Assembly: GCA_965261545.1 (NCBI GenBank)
Contig: CBDHDF010000011.1
Span: 160,001 to 224,000 of the forward strand
Length of the DNA: 64,000 bases
From: Bdellovibrionales bacterium
Lineage (GTDB): Bacteria > Bdellovibrionota > Bdellovibrionia > Bdellovibrionales > UBA1609
Direction: 5' to 3'
Shown here one piece after another: positions 1 to 10,971 of the stretch. Positions within the stretch are counted from its first letter, which is position 1. Each line of letters opens with the position of its first letter. Both the position numbers and the translations under genes were made by a program. A model generated the notes under the pieces. It was not told the DNA's origin. It saw only the letters and a program-made list of their open reading frames with translations, and did no database searches.

Positions 1-19
1 CCATCCAGAGTTTGCCCAT

Positions 20-1267
20 ATGGTTCATGAAGACCTTGTTAAAGAAAAGAAAGATTCTGGTGATATTGGTATGACATCGGAGCAAGTTCTCAAGGTGGCT
101 ATTCTTAAATCCATAAGAGGTCTTTCCTATCGTGCGTTAGCCTTTAATCTTGTCGATTCAGTATCCACCAGAGCTTTTCTGGGCCTTGAATTGGAAGAAA
201 ATTACGCTCACTCCACCTTACAGGACTTGATTGTTCAAATAAGTGAAGAAACTTGGGGAATTATTAGCGCCTCTTTAGTTTCAGATGCAAGAGATCAAAA
301 GATTGAGCCGTGTAAGAAAATGAGATTGGACAGTACAGTGACGAAATCAAATATTCATCATCCAACGGATGCATCGCTTTTATATGACTGCATAAGAGTT
401 ACAGAAAGAGAATTTAAAAAAGTTCGTAAAAATGTCATGAAAGATTTTTGGCGACTTATTTCAAGAGAAGATCTTAAGAGAGCAAAAACCTTGCTTTACA
501 AAATTAATAATTCCAAAAATGATGCGGAAAGACTACCTTGCTATAAGGAGCTTTTAAAAATCGCTACCAAATTGAACAAAGGATTACCTGATACCATCAG
601 AAAGATAAAAAAAGAACAAAAATGTGTGAAGATGAATGCTTTGAAAAAGAGTCTAAAACAGTTAGAAAATGTTGCCTTCTACCTGGAAAAAATCATCTTT
701 CAAACTCAAAAAAGAGTTATTGAGGGGAAAAAAGTATCTTCTGAAAAAAAGGTCCTATCCATCTTTGAACCGCATACAGACATTATTGTAAAGGGGCAAA
801 GAGAAGTCGAGTTTGGGCATAAAATCTTTCTGACCTCAGGGCAAAGCAACATGATTTTAGATTGTCAGATCCCTGATGGCAACCCCGCAGACTCTGATAT
901 GTTTTTAAAAGTTATGAATTCAGTGACACAAACCTATGGGGCTTGCCCTGTAAAAGTAAGTGCAGATGGTGGGTTTGCTTCAAAAGAAAATCTTGAAGAG
1001 GCCAAAGAGATGGGGGCTAAAGATGTTTGCTTCCCAGAAAAAAAAGGAATGAAAATATTAAAGATGGTTAAAAGTGCTTGGGTCTTTAAAAATCTTCTCA
1101 ATTGGAGAGCCGGAATAGAGGCTGTTATTTCATTCCTTAAGAGATGTTTTGGTATGAGAGTTGCTTACTGGAAAGGGCATGATGGTTTTAAGAGGTATGT
1201 AAAGAATGCCGTTTGTGCCTATAATTTTGTTGTCTTGGCAAGACATGAATTATCAACTGTCACCTAA
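20..1267 (+). CDS. ISNCY/IS5-like DDE transposase (N-terminus MRHLKK... lies upstream of window; about 454 aa in full)
   Basis: Motifs LDSTV, SIFEPHT, EFGHK, ADGGF, RAGIEAVISFLKR. The N-terminus is visible in the copy starting at 6025. Confidence 0.85.
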   Translation: MVHEDLVKEKKDSGDIGMTSEQVLKVAILKSIRGLSYRALAFNLVDSVSTRAFLGLELEENYAHSTLQDLIVQISEETWGIISASLVSDARDQKIEPCKKMRLDSTVTKSNIHHPTDASLLYDCIRVTEREFKKVRKNVMKDFWRLISREDLKRAKTLLYKINNSKNDAERLPCYKELLKIATKLNKGLPDTIRKIKKEQKCVKMNALKKSLKQLENVAFYLEKIIFQTQKRVIEGKKVSSEKKVLSIFEPHTDIIVKGQREVEFGHKIFLTSGQSNMILDCQIPDGNPADSDMFLKVMNSVTQTYGACPVKVSADGGFASKENLEEAKEMGAKDVCFPEKKGMKILKMVKSAWVFKNLLNWRAGIEAVISFLKRCFGMRVAYWKGHDGFKRYVKNAVCAYNFVVLARHELSTVT

Positions 1268-1425
1268 ATTTATCCATTAGGAATAACAGCAATGGACCAG
1301 GTCGAAGGTGCTAAAATCTTCCAAAGGTAGGGGTGCGTCTTCAAATCGAAAAAACTAGGGCGCAAGTCGCTTAAAGACCTTTTTCCCCTTAATCTGTAGA
1401 GTTTGTGTGGCAAATCTCCAACTCT

Positions 1426-1464
1426 CACTCCCCCATTGAGGCATTGGGAGGCTCAATGGGGAGT
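1426..1464 (+). terminator. Stem-loop near right end of element A
   Basis: CACTCCCCCATTGAG...CTCAATGGGGAGTG inverted repeat downstream of the transposase; repeated in the copy ending at 20289. Confidence 0.45.
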
Positions 1465-1690
1465 GTCAGAGAACAAAAAATGGGCCTTTCTGGACAGAAA
1501 CTAACTAGATCAGGTTACAAAATAACAAGTGAATGTATCATTTTATAACATGATAAAAAAAGTGAATAATTGTTCATTTTCTGTCACTTCTCTTGACACC
1601 TTAAGTGCTCTAACATTGAGATGGAGTGGCATAGTTATTGAAGCATTTATTTGTATAAGAAATTTTTGATAAAAACGAAAGGGGTTTTTT

Positions 1691-2362
1691 ATGAATAAGA
1701 AGGGTTTACTTTATACCTATATATGCACGCTAATATTTAGCTTTTTGTCTCTTATATTAATAGTGGGTTGTGGAGGTAGAGAAAGGTCGGCCACAGGGGA
1801 TCGCAACATCCCCAAAGGCTGCGATGGGTCTGGTTGCGAAGAAACAGAAGCAGCCTCCTATCCCTATGTGAGAGGCTGGAGTCATGAACTTTACTTATCT
1901 AATTCTCAGGCTTATCGTAGTCTCTTGCAAGACTATCGCATATGTGATCCTCCGGGATGGATTCAGATTGGATTTCGCTGTAAAAATTGGGATAACCAAG
2001 GAACTTTTATTCTAGAGGTGGCGGAAGTGTCCTTTCCCACCAGTGGAGCTAGAGAAATTCGTGGGAAAGTGATTTTTAATGTGTTTCACGATTCGTTGGT
2101 ACAAAATCGATCCATTTCTATTGAGGGGAAAATCAGGCCATGGAATAGTGGTCAAGGTTTTGCCATGTGGTCAGAAAATGGTGCTTTAGATACAAATGAT
2201 TCTCATAGGGCCGGTCGCTTGAAAATTCAAGTGAAACAAGGTCTCCTGGATGATGATCAAATACATGTTCATATTTATTATAGAAACAAGAAGCTAGCTT
2301 CTTCTTGGGTCTATCTCGATTATGACCGTCGTGACGAGAATTCCACTGAATCATCTGAATAA
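1691..2362 (+). CDS. Hypothetical lipoprotein
   Basis: GGGG RBS; basic N-terminus, hydrophobic stretch and lipobox IVGC. Confidence 0.75.
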   Translation: MNKKGLLYTYICTLIFSFLSLILIVGCGGRERSATGDRNIPKGCDGSGCEETEAASYPYVRGWSHELYLSNSQAYRSLLQDYRICDPPGWIQIGFRCKNWDNQGTFILEVAEVSFPTSGAREIRGKVIFNVFHDSLVQNRSISIEGKIRPWNSGQGFAMWSENGALDTNDSHRAGRLKIQVKQGLLDDDQIHVHIYYRNKKLASSWVYLDYDRRDENSTESSE

Positions 2363-2659
2363 TTTGAATCATTTGAATCCTGCATCTCTATTGGTCCTGT
2401 TTTAGGCCACCCATGCCGGAAGCTTGCTTCTACCTTGCCCTTAGACCTACCAAGAGTCTAGAAATTGAAGCGACAGCCTATATTTCTCATAAAATCATTG
2501 GATAATCCCTAGAGTGTGTCGATATCTCCTAAAGGTGAGATATTTGGACATATGTCAAGAATATTTTATAAGAAATTTGGTCTATAATTTAAGAAATTAA
2601 GTTAATTACTAGGCTTCTTGGTCCGCTAGGATATTTTTTGGAGCTACGGAGGGTGCAGG

Positions 2660-4042
2660 TTGTTACGGAATAAGCTTATGGTATCTAATAGAATGAGATT
2701 TACAAAACGATTGAAAAGAAAATTTACAAATAGTTTTAAGTGGATTGAGGGATTTTTAATTGTATTTTTAATGGGGGCCATGGGTTGTGGGGACAATGTT
2801 TTTGAATCTATAGGTGATAGCGAGACATCACCCTTGTCCAAGGGGCAATTTGATCCCACACGATTTGCATTTATAGGAGAGGTTTCTAATTGTTTGCATG
2901 TCTCCGATGGTTGGACCAATGCTTGTATATTCAGAAAAAACCCTATAGCCGATCAGGGAGGTCGTCTTCCCTCCCCCCCCCCTCTTGTGAACGCAGGAAG
3001 TGTTTTGGAGGGTGAGACCAATGAGTTGATTGGTATTACAGATGTATCGCATCTACAAACAACAGCTGTTTATTTGCCTGGAAGTCAACTGGGAAACATG
3101 GACTTTGTTATCGATTACAGTGAAGTATTCGACCCTGTCCCTCTCATTGAACCTAATAGTGATGGAAATTGGAAGTATTCCTTTTACAACGAGGAGCATT
3201 TCAATGCTCTCAATGTTCATATATTTTTTTGGGCGAACTATCTTAAGCAAAGGGTTAAGGATATTACGGGGCACTTTTATCCAGAGGGCCAGGGTTTAAT
3301 TCTTATTCCCATATTTCCTTTTTATAAAAAGAAAGTTCTCATCAATGCCCTTTGGATTTATCATCTTAACTCTCTTGTCTTTGGTCTTTCTCCATCTGTA
3401 GGAGTGGACTCCGCAGGAAAGAGTACCCATGTTCCTTTGGGTTTTGATTCGGGAATTGTGGCCCATGAAATAGGTCATGCTATTCTTGACTATGCATCTG
3501 TGGCGAAGATTCAATTCAATAAAAGTTTAGAGATGAGGGACTGCGGTAGGAGAAGGAAAGCCGTGTGTTCTAAAGATTTTCATGGAAGCCCGCGTGCTAT
3601 TCATGAGGGAGTTGGAGATATCTTGGCTCTTTTTTTGTTTCCCAAGTCCACACCTTTTGCTGAGTTGCTTGAGTATAGCCCTGAGGGCTTGGACCACTGT
3701 GGAGTTTCGAGAAATGTACAAGAAATCAAGAGTCAGAAGATCACTGCTCGCCACCTTTTTGAAGCCTGTGGAGGTCGTGTAGAGGCACCAGGAGAAATTC
3801 ACGCCATGGGTTCCATTTATAGTACTATATGGTATGGATTATTTGAAAGTGCCTTTCAGAGAGGGGGAAAGGATGAACGAGATAGGGCTTATCATTTATT
3901 TTTTGAGCATTTAAAAAATATTACAAGCAATGACACCTTCCTGACGATGAAAAAGACAATTCAAATCATTGATCAGAATCTATTTGACGGACAATTTTCA
4001 GAAGATCTGGATAGAGAATATAGTTTGATGGGTTACCAATAA
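2660..4042 (+). CDS. Secreted/lipoprotein zinc metallopeptidase (M36/M4-like gluzincin)
   Basis: Lipobox MGC; VAHEIGH (HEXXH), downstream HEGVGD and GEIHAMG motifs. Exact start uncertain. Confidence 0.75.
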   Translation: MLRNKLMVSNRMRFTKRLKRKFTNSFKWIEGFLIVFLMGAMGCGDNVFESIGDSETSPLSKGQFDPTRFAFIGEVSNCLHVSDGWTNACIFRKNPIADQGGRLPSPPPLVNAGSVLEGETNELIGITDVSHLQTTAVYLPGSQLGNMDFVIDYSEVFDPVPLIEPNSDGNWKYSFYNEEHFNALNVHIFFWANYLKQRVKDITGHFYPEGQGLILIPIFPFYKKKVLINALWIYHLNSLVFGLSPSVGVDSAGKSTHVPLGFDSGIVAHEIGHAILDYASVAKIQFNKSLEMRDCGRRRKAVCSKDFHGSPRAIHEGVGDILALFLFPKSTPFAELLEYSPEGLDHCGVSRNVQEIKSQKITARHLFEACGGRVEAPGEIHAMGSIYSTIWYGLFESAFQRGGKDERDRAYHLFFEHLKNITSNDTFLTMKKTIQIIDQNLFDGQFSEDLDREYSLMGYQ

Positions 4043-4044
4043 GT

Positions 4045-5397
4045 ATGTCTATAGAAGACAGGAAGGTTCTTTGGTACAAGTTTCGTTCTATAGGTATTGT
4101 TGGTATTTTTAGTATTGTCATAGGTATATGTGTTGTATCTCTTCTTATCGCCTGTGGAAGAACTCCATTTGAAACACAATCGTCTTCATCCCAAGGAAGG
4201 ATCACTCAATTTAAGAGCTTAGGGAAGGTGCCCAACTGTTTGTATACATCAAATTCCCTCGTCAATGCTTGCATATTTGGTAAAAACCCTGTGGTTGATC
4301 AAGGAACTGTCCTTTCCAACCCACCTCTTGTCAATGCCGGTAGTGTTGCTTTGGGAAGAACCACTGAATTGATTGGAATCACAGATGTGTCATCTCTTCA
4401 AACTCATGGTGTTTATATTCCTGGAACAAAATTAAGCAACACTGATTTTAGTGTCAACTATGAAGGTATTTTCTCTCCTCTTCCTCTTATGGTTCCCAAT
4501 AGTGATGGCAATTGGAAATATACCTTTTACAATGAAGAAAACTTGAATGCTCTCAATGTTCATACGTTTTTTTGGGCGAATTATCTCAAAAAAAAGATTA
4601 AAGACCTCACAGGTAGTTTTTATCCAGAGAACCAAGGCTTGAATCTTGCCCCCATTCTTCCTTTTGATCGAAATGGGGTTATATCCAATGCATTTTGGAT
4701 TTCCAGCGTCAAATTGCTTGCTTTTGGCCTTTCTGCGCCTATAAGAAAGGACTCTATGGGTGGGGCCACTTATATCCCCCTAGGGTTTGATTCGGGAATT
4801 GTGTCCCATGAGATAGGGCATGCCATTCTCGATTATGCATCTTTTTCTGAACTTGGATTCAACTCAGACTTGGAGAACCACTGTGGTGAGAGCCAAAAAC
4901 AGGTTTGCTCTAAAACCATCCATGGAAGTCCTAGAGCTATTCACGAAGGAGTGGGAGATATCGTCAGTCTTTTTTTGTTCCCTGAATCTACGCCCATAGG
5001 CGAATTATTCTACAATGACCTTGAAGGTCTGTCCCATTGTACCGTTGGTGGAAGTGGAATTTCTAGGGATGTGAAGGTCATCAGAAGCCAAGGGTTGGTA
5101 GCCCAAGACTTTTTTGATGCTTGTGGAAAACACAGTCTTGAGGCATCTGGAGAGATCCATGCCATGGGCTCCATTTATAGTACGATATGGTATGGGGTTT
5201 TTCAAAAGGCTCTTGAGAGAGGAGGAGAGGGTGAGTGGGGAAGGGCGTATCAACTTTTCTTTGAGCATTTAAAAAATATTACAAGCATGGATACTTTTGA
5301 TACACTACAAACAACGATCAAAAATATTGATAACCAGCTTTTTGAAGGGGGTTTTTCAAGCGATTTAGATAGCGAGTATAAGCGTATGTATGAGTGA
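4045..5397 (+). CDS. Paralogous lipoprotein zinc metallopeptidase (tandem duplicate)
   Basis: Lipobox LIAC; VSHEIGH, HEGVGD and GEIHAMG motifs; aligns by eye end-to-end with the preceding gene. Confidence 0.75.
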   Translation: MSIEDRKVLWYKFRSIGIVGIFSIVIGICVVSLLIACGRTPFETQSSSSQGRITQFKSLGKVPNCLYTSNSLVNACIFGKNPVVDQGTVLSNPPLVNAGSVALGRTTELIGITDVSSLQTHGVYIPGTKLSNTDFSVNYEGIFSPLPLMVPNSDGNWKYTFYNEENLNALNVHTFFWANYLKKKIKDLTGSFYPENQGLNLAPILPFDRNGVISNAFWISSVKLLAFGLSAPIRKDSMGGATYIPLGFDSGIVSHEIGHAILDYASFSELGFNSDLENHCGESQKQVCSKTIHGSPRAIHEGVGDIVSLFLFPESTPIGELFYNDLEGLSHCTVGGSGISRDVKVIRSQGLVAQDFFDACGKHSLEASGEIHAMGSIYSTIWYGVFQKALERGGEGEWGRAYQLFFEHLKNITSMDTFDTLQTTIKNIDNQLFEGGFSSDLDSEYKRMYE

Positions 5398-6891
5398 CAG
5401 CATATAATATATAAAAGCGTAGTCCCAATGGATGGATCAAAACTGGCCATTTGTGGGAGGAAATAATTCTTATTTAGTTCCTGTCCAGGGAAGAAAGTTA
5501 AGTAGTTTTAAGTATTTACATGCCTTCCCTTTAGATTTTATGCTTTAAAATGGAGTCCATCAAACATAATCCGTGTAAATTCAGTTACTTACATAAAACG
5601 GAAAAATAAAATAAGTTCCCCCCCCCCTCTCTTGACGAACCTTTCACAGCCCCTCCCTTTCAGTGACTTATGTGGCTATCAACTGGTTACTTGATATGAG
5701 AGGAAGAGTTGGATCAACCTGTGTTTCCACCGTGGTGATTTCAAACCTCCTTCAGGGAAATAACATTACGTTGCGCATCAACTTCAAAAAATACTTGACG
5801 TGTTTTTTCAGAGAAATAATTTTTGATATTTTATTCTTCATTTATTTTTTATGTAGGTTTTAGGAGGCGTGGGAACCTCTCTATGAGGTAGAATTCTTAT
5901 CCATGTTCTCCGAGAACCTCTCTGATTTTTTTCTTCTTAAAAGACATCCTTGCTCACTTTTTTCCCTCAAAAAAACGTATGTTAATATAAAAATTAAAGA
6001 GAAACTTTCACCAAAGGGGGGACTATGCGCCATTTGAAGAAGACACAGTTGGGACTCTTTTCCCAATATCCTAACCACCAACTCAGTACAGAATTGCAGC
6101 AAATTAATAACATCATTGATCGCCATCCAGAGTTTGCCCATATGGTTCATGAAGCAATGCCGTTTCCTTAAGCCACCACACCCCTCTGCCTCTGCGTTAA
6201 GCTATTTCTTTTAAAAGAACTCCCAGCCCTTTTGATAGACCTTTCATAGCTTCTTTTGAAGTGCCTCCTCTTCTCCATTGAAATCTTCATCAGCAACTTT
6301 ATCTGCTTCCTAAATTTCTGATAGTGTTAGCTGACAATTAAAATGCCCCACCGTCGCCAATGAAAAGTGGCCACTTTTCAGAGGAGGACCTATGGTGATT
6401 TTTGGCATTGTCAACCGAGACGCATATAATCAATTGATATTACTCATAAAAAGGCTCCGAGCTGATAAGAACTCCTTTTGGGTTCTTGTCGACCTGGAAA
6501 GGGGCTCCGTGTTGGAGAGTCCTTCCATGACAGCCTATTCAGGTTCCATATTTGTCATTTGTAGACTGTTTCTGGATTTCAATGAGGTTAAATATATAGT
6601 CAAGAAAAGCCTGTTTAGGCTGTGCCCATTTTCTAAAGTATTTAAATTCCACAAGATTCCAACATTTGCCTCAATTTTCATGGAATTTCTTTCTGAAGAC
6701 AGGCTTCCCTTAAAGCCGTCGCCAATTAAAATGTCCCACTTTCAATATGGAGGTTGTCGCCAATGAAAAGTGACCAATCTTCAGGGAGTGTTCAAATACT
6801 AGACAATGAAGTCTCTTCTTCTGATATAGATACTAAGCTCACAGAGTCCCTCCCTTTTGCAACTCAAAAGGTTAGCAATGAGGAGGATCTT

Positions 6892-8358
6892 ATGATTAGT
6901 CAATACACTTTCGGCCGCATTCGTGACCTGAGTCACAGTGGTAAAAATAAGACAGAAATATCTCGTGAATTAGGGATCAATCGTAAGACGGTGCGCAAGT
7001 ACTGTGAGTCCAACACCCCACCGAAGTACAAGGCGAGGTCCAAAAGAACTCGCCCAGATCCCCTTAATGGATATATGGATCGGGTGAAGTACTTTTTGAA
7101 GTTGAACCCAAGTAACACCGCCCGTGAAATATATGAGCTATTAGTTGAGGAGGGTTATCGTGGGAGTGAGAGAACGGTTCAGAGAAGAGTTTGTGAGATT
7201 CTTGGTTCTCGCCCCAAGGAGCGTTTTTTCAGCCAAAGATATGATCCTGGAGAACAGGCTCAGTTTGATTTTAAGGAGAAGGTTGCTTTACCATTTGCCG
7301 ATGGTGTTCAGATCGTTCATCTCCATTTTGGAACATTGCCTTGTAGTGGCACCTGTTGGGTTCGTGCCTACCCCTTTCTTGTCTATGAGTGTTTCATCGA
7401 TGGGGTGCATGCTTTTTTTGAAAAGATAGGTGGGATGAGTGCGAACATCCGTATTGATAATTTATCTCCCTGTGTGAAGAAAGTTCTTAAAGGAAATCAG
7501 CGAATTTACACCCAATCTTTTGATCGAGCCATCCAATACTATGGATTTAAGGTTCTTCCCTGCCGCGCAGGGAAGGGCTCTGACAAGGGAGATGTGGAGC
7601 GTGATATTCGAACCTTCAGTTCTCGGATAAAAAATATTGTTAGAAACAAAGGAATTGTTTTTAAAGACTGGGATCATTTGAATCAGTTTTTAGAGTCTTA
7701 TATGGATCAGCATCAGAGTGACTCCACCAAATCTCGCTTTGAGGAGGAGGCCAAAGTTCTTAAGCCTTTGCCTCCACGAGATGAAGATATTCTCTGTAAG
7801 GTGAATATTTGTCAAAGTAATGGTTATGGGACTTTGAGAATAGGTAAAACCACATATTCCATACCTGATGAGGTGATCCAAGCTCCCTGTAAAACCGTAC
7901 AGGGTCCCTATCATGTCACGATCTATCGTGCAGGAGGGAAGCAAGAAATTGTCGCTCGCCATCAAAGAAAACCTGATGGGGAGCATAGTCTTCTTCTTGA
8001 ACATATCCTTCCCTCTTTAGTTCGTAAGCCGCAAGCCATGGTAAGATGGGCTCACCGATCCATTCTTTTTCCAACAAATGTGTTTGAAAATTTTTATCAA
8101 TACCTCAAGCAACAAGATTCAAGCCGTGCCGAGCATGAATATTTAAGAGTTATCAACTTGATTCAGCATGTGAGTTGGCAGGACTTATCTACAGCCATGG
8201 AGCTTCAATTAGAAAGTCGTGAGATTTTCGACTTTAAATCCATAAAAGATTTGCTCTTAGGCAATCCCACCAAAATTAATTTGAATGACCAACAAAAACC
8301 ACTTCAACCTAGATTGTCTCAATATGACAGTCTTGTTCCAAACATAGGAGGTTCTTAA
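6892..8358 (+). CDS. istA: IS21 transposase IstA (start re-set to MISQY after GAGGAGG RBS)
   Basis: N-terminal HTH (ISRELGINRKTVRKY), QAQFDF, IDN and KGDVER DDE motifs. Confidence 0.92.
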   Translation: MISQYTFGRIRDLSHSGKNKTEISRELGINRKTVRKYCESNTPPKYKARSKRTRPDPLNGYMDRVKYFLKLNPSNTAREIYELLVEEGYRGSERTVQRRVCEILGSRPKERFFSQRYDPGEQAQFDFKEKVALPFADGVQIVHLHFGTLPCSGTCWVRAYPFLVYECFIDGVHAFFEKIGGMSANIRIDNLSPCVKKVLKGNQRIYTQSFDRAIQYYGFKVLPCRAGKGSDKGDVERDIRTFSSRIKNIVRNKGIVFKDWDHLNQFLESYMDQHQSDSTKSRFEEEAKVLKPLPPRDEDILCKVNICQSNGYGTLRIGKTTYSIPDEVIQAPCKTVQGPYHVTIYRAGGKQEIVARHQRKPDGEHSLLLEHILPSLVRKPQAMVRWAHRSILFPTNVFENFYQYLKQQDSSRAEHEYLRVINLIQHVSWQDLSTAMELQLESREIFDFKSIKDLLLGNPTKINLNDQQKPLQPRLSQYDSLVPNIGGS

Positions 8359-9140
8359 TGAATCACGAAGAACTTATAGGTTCTCTTAAAAAACTCCGAC
8401 TTCCAGCGATGGCGGATGAATATGTTGCAACGGCTAGAGTTGCCGAAAAAACAAAAAAGACGTATGAACAGTATTTAGGTATACTCGTTCAAAATGAGCT
8501 TGCTGACAAGCATTCCCAGAGAGTGAAAAGATTGCTTAAGGGGGCCAAGCTTCCTCAACTTAAATCACTCCAAACTTATAACTTCCAGAAAAGAACGGGA
8601 GTGACAGCTCAGCAAATTAATTGGATGGCAGAGGGAGAGTGGGTCAGAAAAGCCTGTAATGTTGTGTTTTACGGAAGCTTTGGAATGGGGAAAAGTCATT
8701 TGGCCATGTCCCTAGTTCGTTCACTCTGTGAACAAGGCTATCGATGTTTATGGGTCACCACTCATGAACTTATTGAAACAATGCGTGAAAGCAAGAAAGA
8801 ACTCTCATTGAATGCTCTTTTTAAGAAATTAGACCGTTTTGATCTTATTGCTTGTGATGAACTTGGCTATACAGCTTCCTGCACAGAGGGTGCTGATCTT
8901 TTCTTTCAATTCATATCTCAGCGATATGAAAGGAAAAGTCTCATGATCACTACAAACTTAACTTACTCTGAATGGGATAAGGTGTTTCTTAACCCTATTA
9001 CCACCGCTGCTGCTGTTGATCGAATTATTCACAACTGTGAAACCCTCAACATTGAAGGAAAAGAAAGTTGGAGAACCGAATCGGCAAAAGCCAAGTCTAA
9101 ACAGAGCAAAGAGGAAAGTTCAACCAAAGAAGTTCATTAG
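8358..9140 (+). CDS. istB: IS21 helper ATPase IstB
   Basis: Walker A GSFGMGKS, DELGY, ITTN, DRIIH; TAATG overlap with istA. Confidence 0.93.
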   Translation: MNHEELIGSLKKLRLPAMADEYVATARVAEKTKKTYEQYLGILVQNELADKHSQRVKRLLKGAKLPQLKSLQTYNFQKRTGVTAQQINWMAEGEWVRKACNVVFYGSFGMGKSHLAMSLVRSLCEQGYRCLWVTTHELIETMRESKKELSLNALFKKLDRFDLIACDELGYTASCTEGADLFFQFISQRYERKSLMITTNLTYSEWDKVFLNPITTAAAVDRIIHNCETLNIEGKESWRTESAKAKSKQSKEESSTKEVH

Positions 9141-9167
9141 AGATCCCCACTTTTGGGGAAGGAACTC

Positions 9168-9265
9168 GCCAGTTATCCACAAAATTTATCCACAGCAGCA
9201 CTGCGTTGCTAGACATCGGGGTCACAGCCGCAGTGTCGCCATGGATAAATTTATGGATAACTGGC
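9168..9265. promoter_or_regulatory. Palindromic cassette with DnaA-box motifs downstream of istB (present in all C copies)
   Basis: TTATCCACA at 9173 and 9186; two near-match boxes in inverted orientation at 9241-9260; long imperfect hairpin. Confidence 0.6.
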
Positions 9266-9643
9266 TTTTACCGTACTATTTGCTCGTCACTCTCGCGGAG
9301 CTTTAGACATTAGCTGCGCCAAGGAATCCTGAAAAATACTCCATTTACCTCTGCCATAGGGCTGAAGGATGCATTTGGGGTCATGCCAAAAGTGGTGGGC
9401 AGAAAATCATTCCTCAGAATCTTGTGGCATAGTCCGAGTTAAATGATGAGCAAAATAAAGACACTTGACTAAACTCTGAACGAAGAATAACTAAATCAGT
9501 ACATCATCAACTGGCCGTTTTTCATTGGCGACGGCTTCTAAAAATGGCCAATTTTAATTGGCGCCTAACAGATAGAGCCCCGCAACAAAAAGGGGGATGC
9601 TATCCATTATGAAATCAAGAATCAGTTTAAAGTTAGGTTTTTT

Positions 9644-9888
9644 GGGTGTGCTAACGATATACTGTAGATTATATACCCACAGCGTCAATTTGTGCCCTCT
9701 TCAATCAGCATTTAGTCATAGGTTGAGCTCGACACTGTCGGTTTAAGGCCTTAAAATTTTCATCAATCCCTTAAAAGTTCAATACAAAGCACTTGCAGAG
9801 TCAATCTTGTGGGTAGATTCTTCTTAAACTGATAGTATTAAGTTAGACTAAAGGACGGTAATTTCTACAGTATATTATTAGCACACCC
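9644..9888. mobile_element. 245-bp MITE (ISKra4-like ends)
   Basis: 24-bp IR GGGTGTGCTAACGATATACTGTAG with 2 mismatches; 8-bp TSD GGTTTTTT; no transposase. Confidence 0.88.
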
Positions 9889-10971
9889 GGTTTTTTGTAG
9901 TCATTTTTTACCAACTGATTCACACTGTCTTCATCCTCATTTATGCTCATTTGATTCTTTGTATAATTGAAGAGCCAAAAATAAGAATACAGCTCTTGCA
10001 ATATTCCATTAAGGCTTGTTGAGTGCCACTGCTCCATTTTCATTGTCGATGTAAAATCACGAAATGTCGTTTCTATTTCCCAACGACGAGAGTAAAGAGC
10101 AACCATATCCTTCTTGTCCAAGGAGCCATGCGGAAGATTAGTGGCCAAAACAGAGAACTCCCCAGTCTTTGGGTTTTTATACTTATAGAGATGAATGACC
10201 ACCCCCTCAATAACCATTTGTGAATACCAACCTGGGCCATTAAATAAATTTACGATGGGGATAAAAGTAGAGCCTCGCTTACAACGCGCAATAAAGAAGT
10301 TACTGGCTTGAGCATGGGCCTTAATAATCTCTGTAGATAAATAAAGCCTATCGTAGAGAGTTATGCTATTACTCTCAAAACTACCTATCATTTGAATAGC
10401 ATTGGCGATTTCGTTGAGAGCGGGAGAAAAGCAAAGATTCTTTGTCACACCCGATAAAACGTCATAAGCATGAGATAGATACATACGTAAGAAATGAGTT
10501 TCCATCTCATTTGGGCAAGGGTACCCACAATAACCCTCCTTTAAAAGATCTTTAGAGCGAGGAAGTGCTAATTGGTCGCCATCTATGGCATAGATATAAA
10601 AGCCATGAAACGTTTTTCTCAATGGTTCGTAGTCTGTAATCAGAGATTCAAAGATATTTTTAAAAAATAGGTAAGAAATACTTTGACGTATCTTGCTGAG
10701 ACTGCTTTTGACTGGCATGAGAAGCAGGTCACCAAAATGAGTCCATACCGTCTTAAGAGCGATTTGGTAGCCTTCGTAATTTGTTCCGGAAATAAGATAG
10801 ATAATAGTAAAAAAGAAAATTTGAGGATTAAATTTTCGATTCCTTTTTTGTTTTTCTGGATCGACAAGGTGCTCTGGCTTGAAGGAAGAATCAAGTTTTG
10901 GTAGAATAAAATGGTCATCTGTGACGCGAACTCGTCATTTGGGGGCTTTCGAGATCAATATTGGATTGCAT
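9889..10971 (-). pseudogene. IS4 transposase of B, 5' part (3' part at 6168-6324 and 9571-9643)
   Basis: Near-identical to the intact ORF at 29766-30812; broken by the MITE and by C. Confidence 0.85.

Larger units (their letters stand above)
1..1501 (+). mobile_element. ISNCY-family (ISDol1-like) IS, element A copy 1; left part outside window
   Basis: Right end CTGGACAGAAAC is the inverted repeat of the left end GTTCCTGTCCAG seen at 5477 and 37663. Sequence is nearly identical to the pieces in 5477-20289. Confidence 0.85.
6325..9570 (+). mobile_element. IS21-family element C copy 1 (3246 bp)
   Basis: TGTTAG...CTAACA ends with multiple CGCCAAT repeats; 5-bp TSD GATAG; istA-istB pair. Confidence 0.93.

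Noticed and set aside
1627..1642. Sigma-54 promoter TGGCATAGTTATTGAA
   Set aside because: The -12 element is GA rather than GC; too weak to call.
6392..6766. 124-aa ORF at the left of C as a passenger gene
   Set aside because: It has a GAGGAGG RBS but no recognisable motif, runs into terminal repeats and is frameshifted in copy 3; left uncalled.
7145..8004. Short overlapping or antisense ORFs within istA (and similar ones in LSR, virB4 and the peptidases)
   Set aside because: Shadow ORFs; their recurrence only reflects identical IS copies.
9168..9265. DnaA boxes as the chromosomal origin
   Set aside because: They are inside IS21 copies, repeated with the element, with no dnaA/dnaN context.
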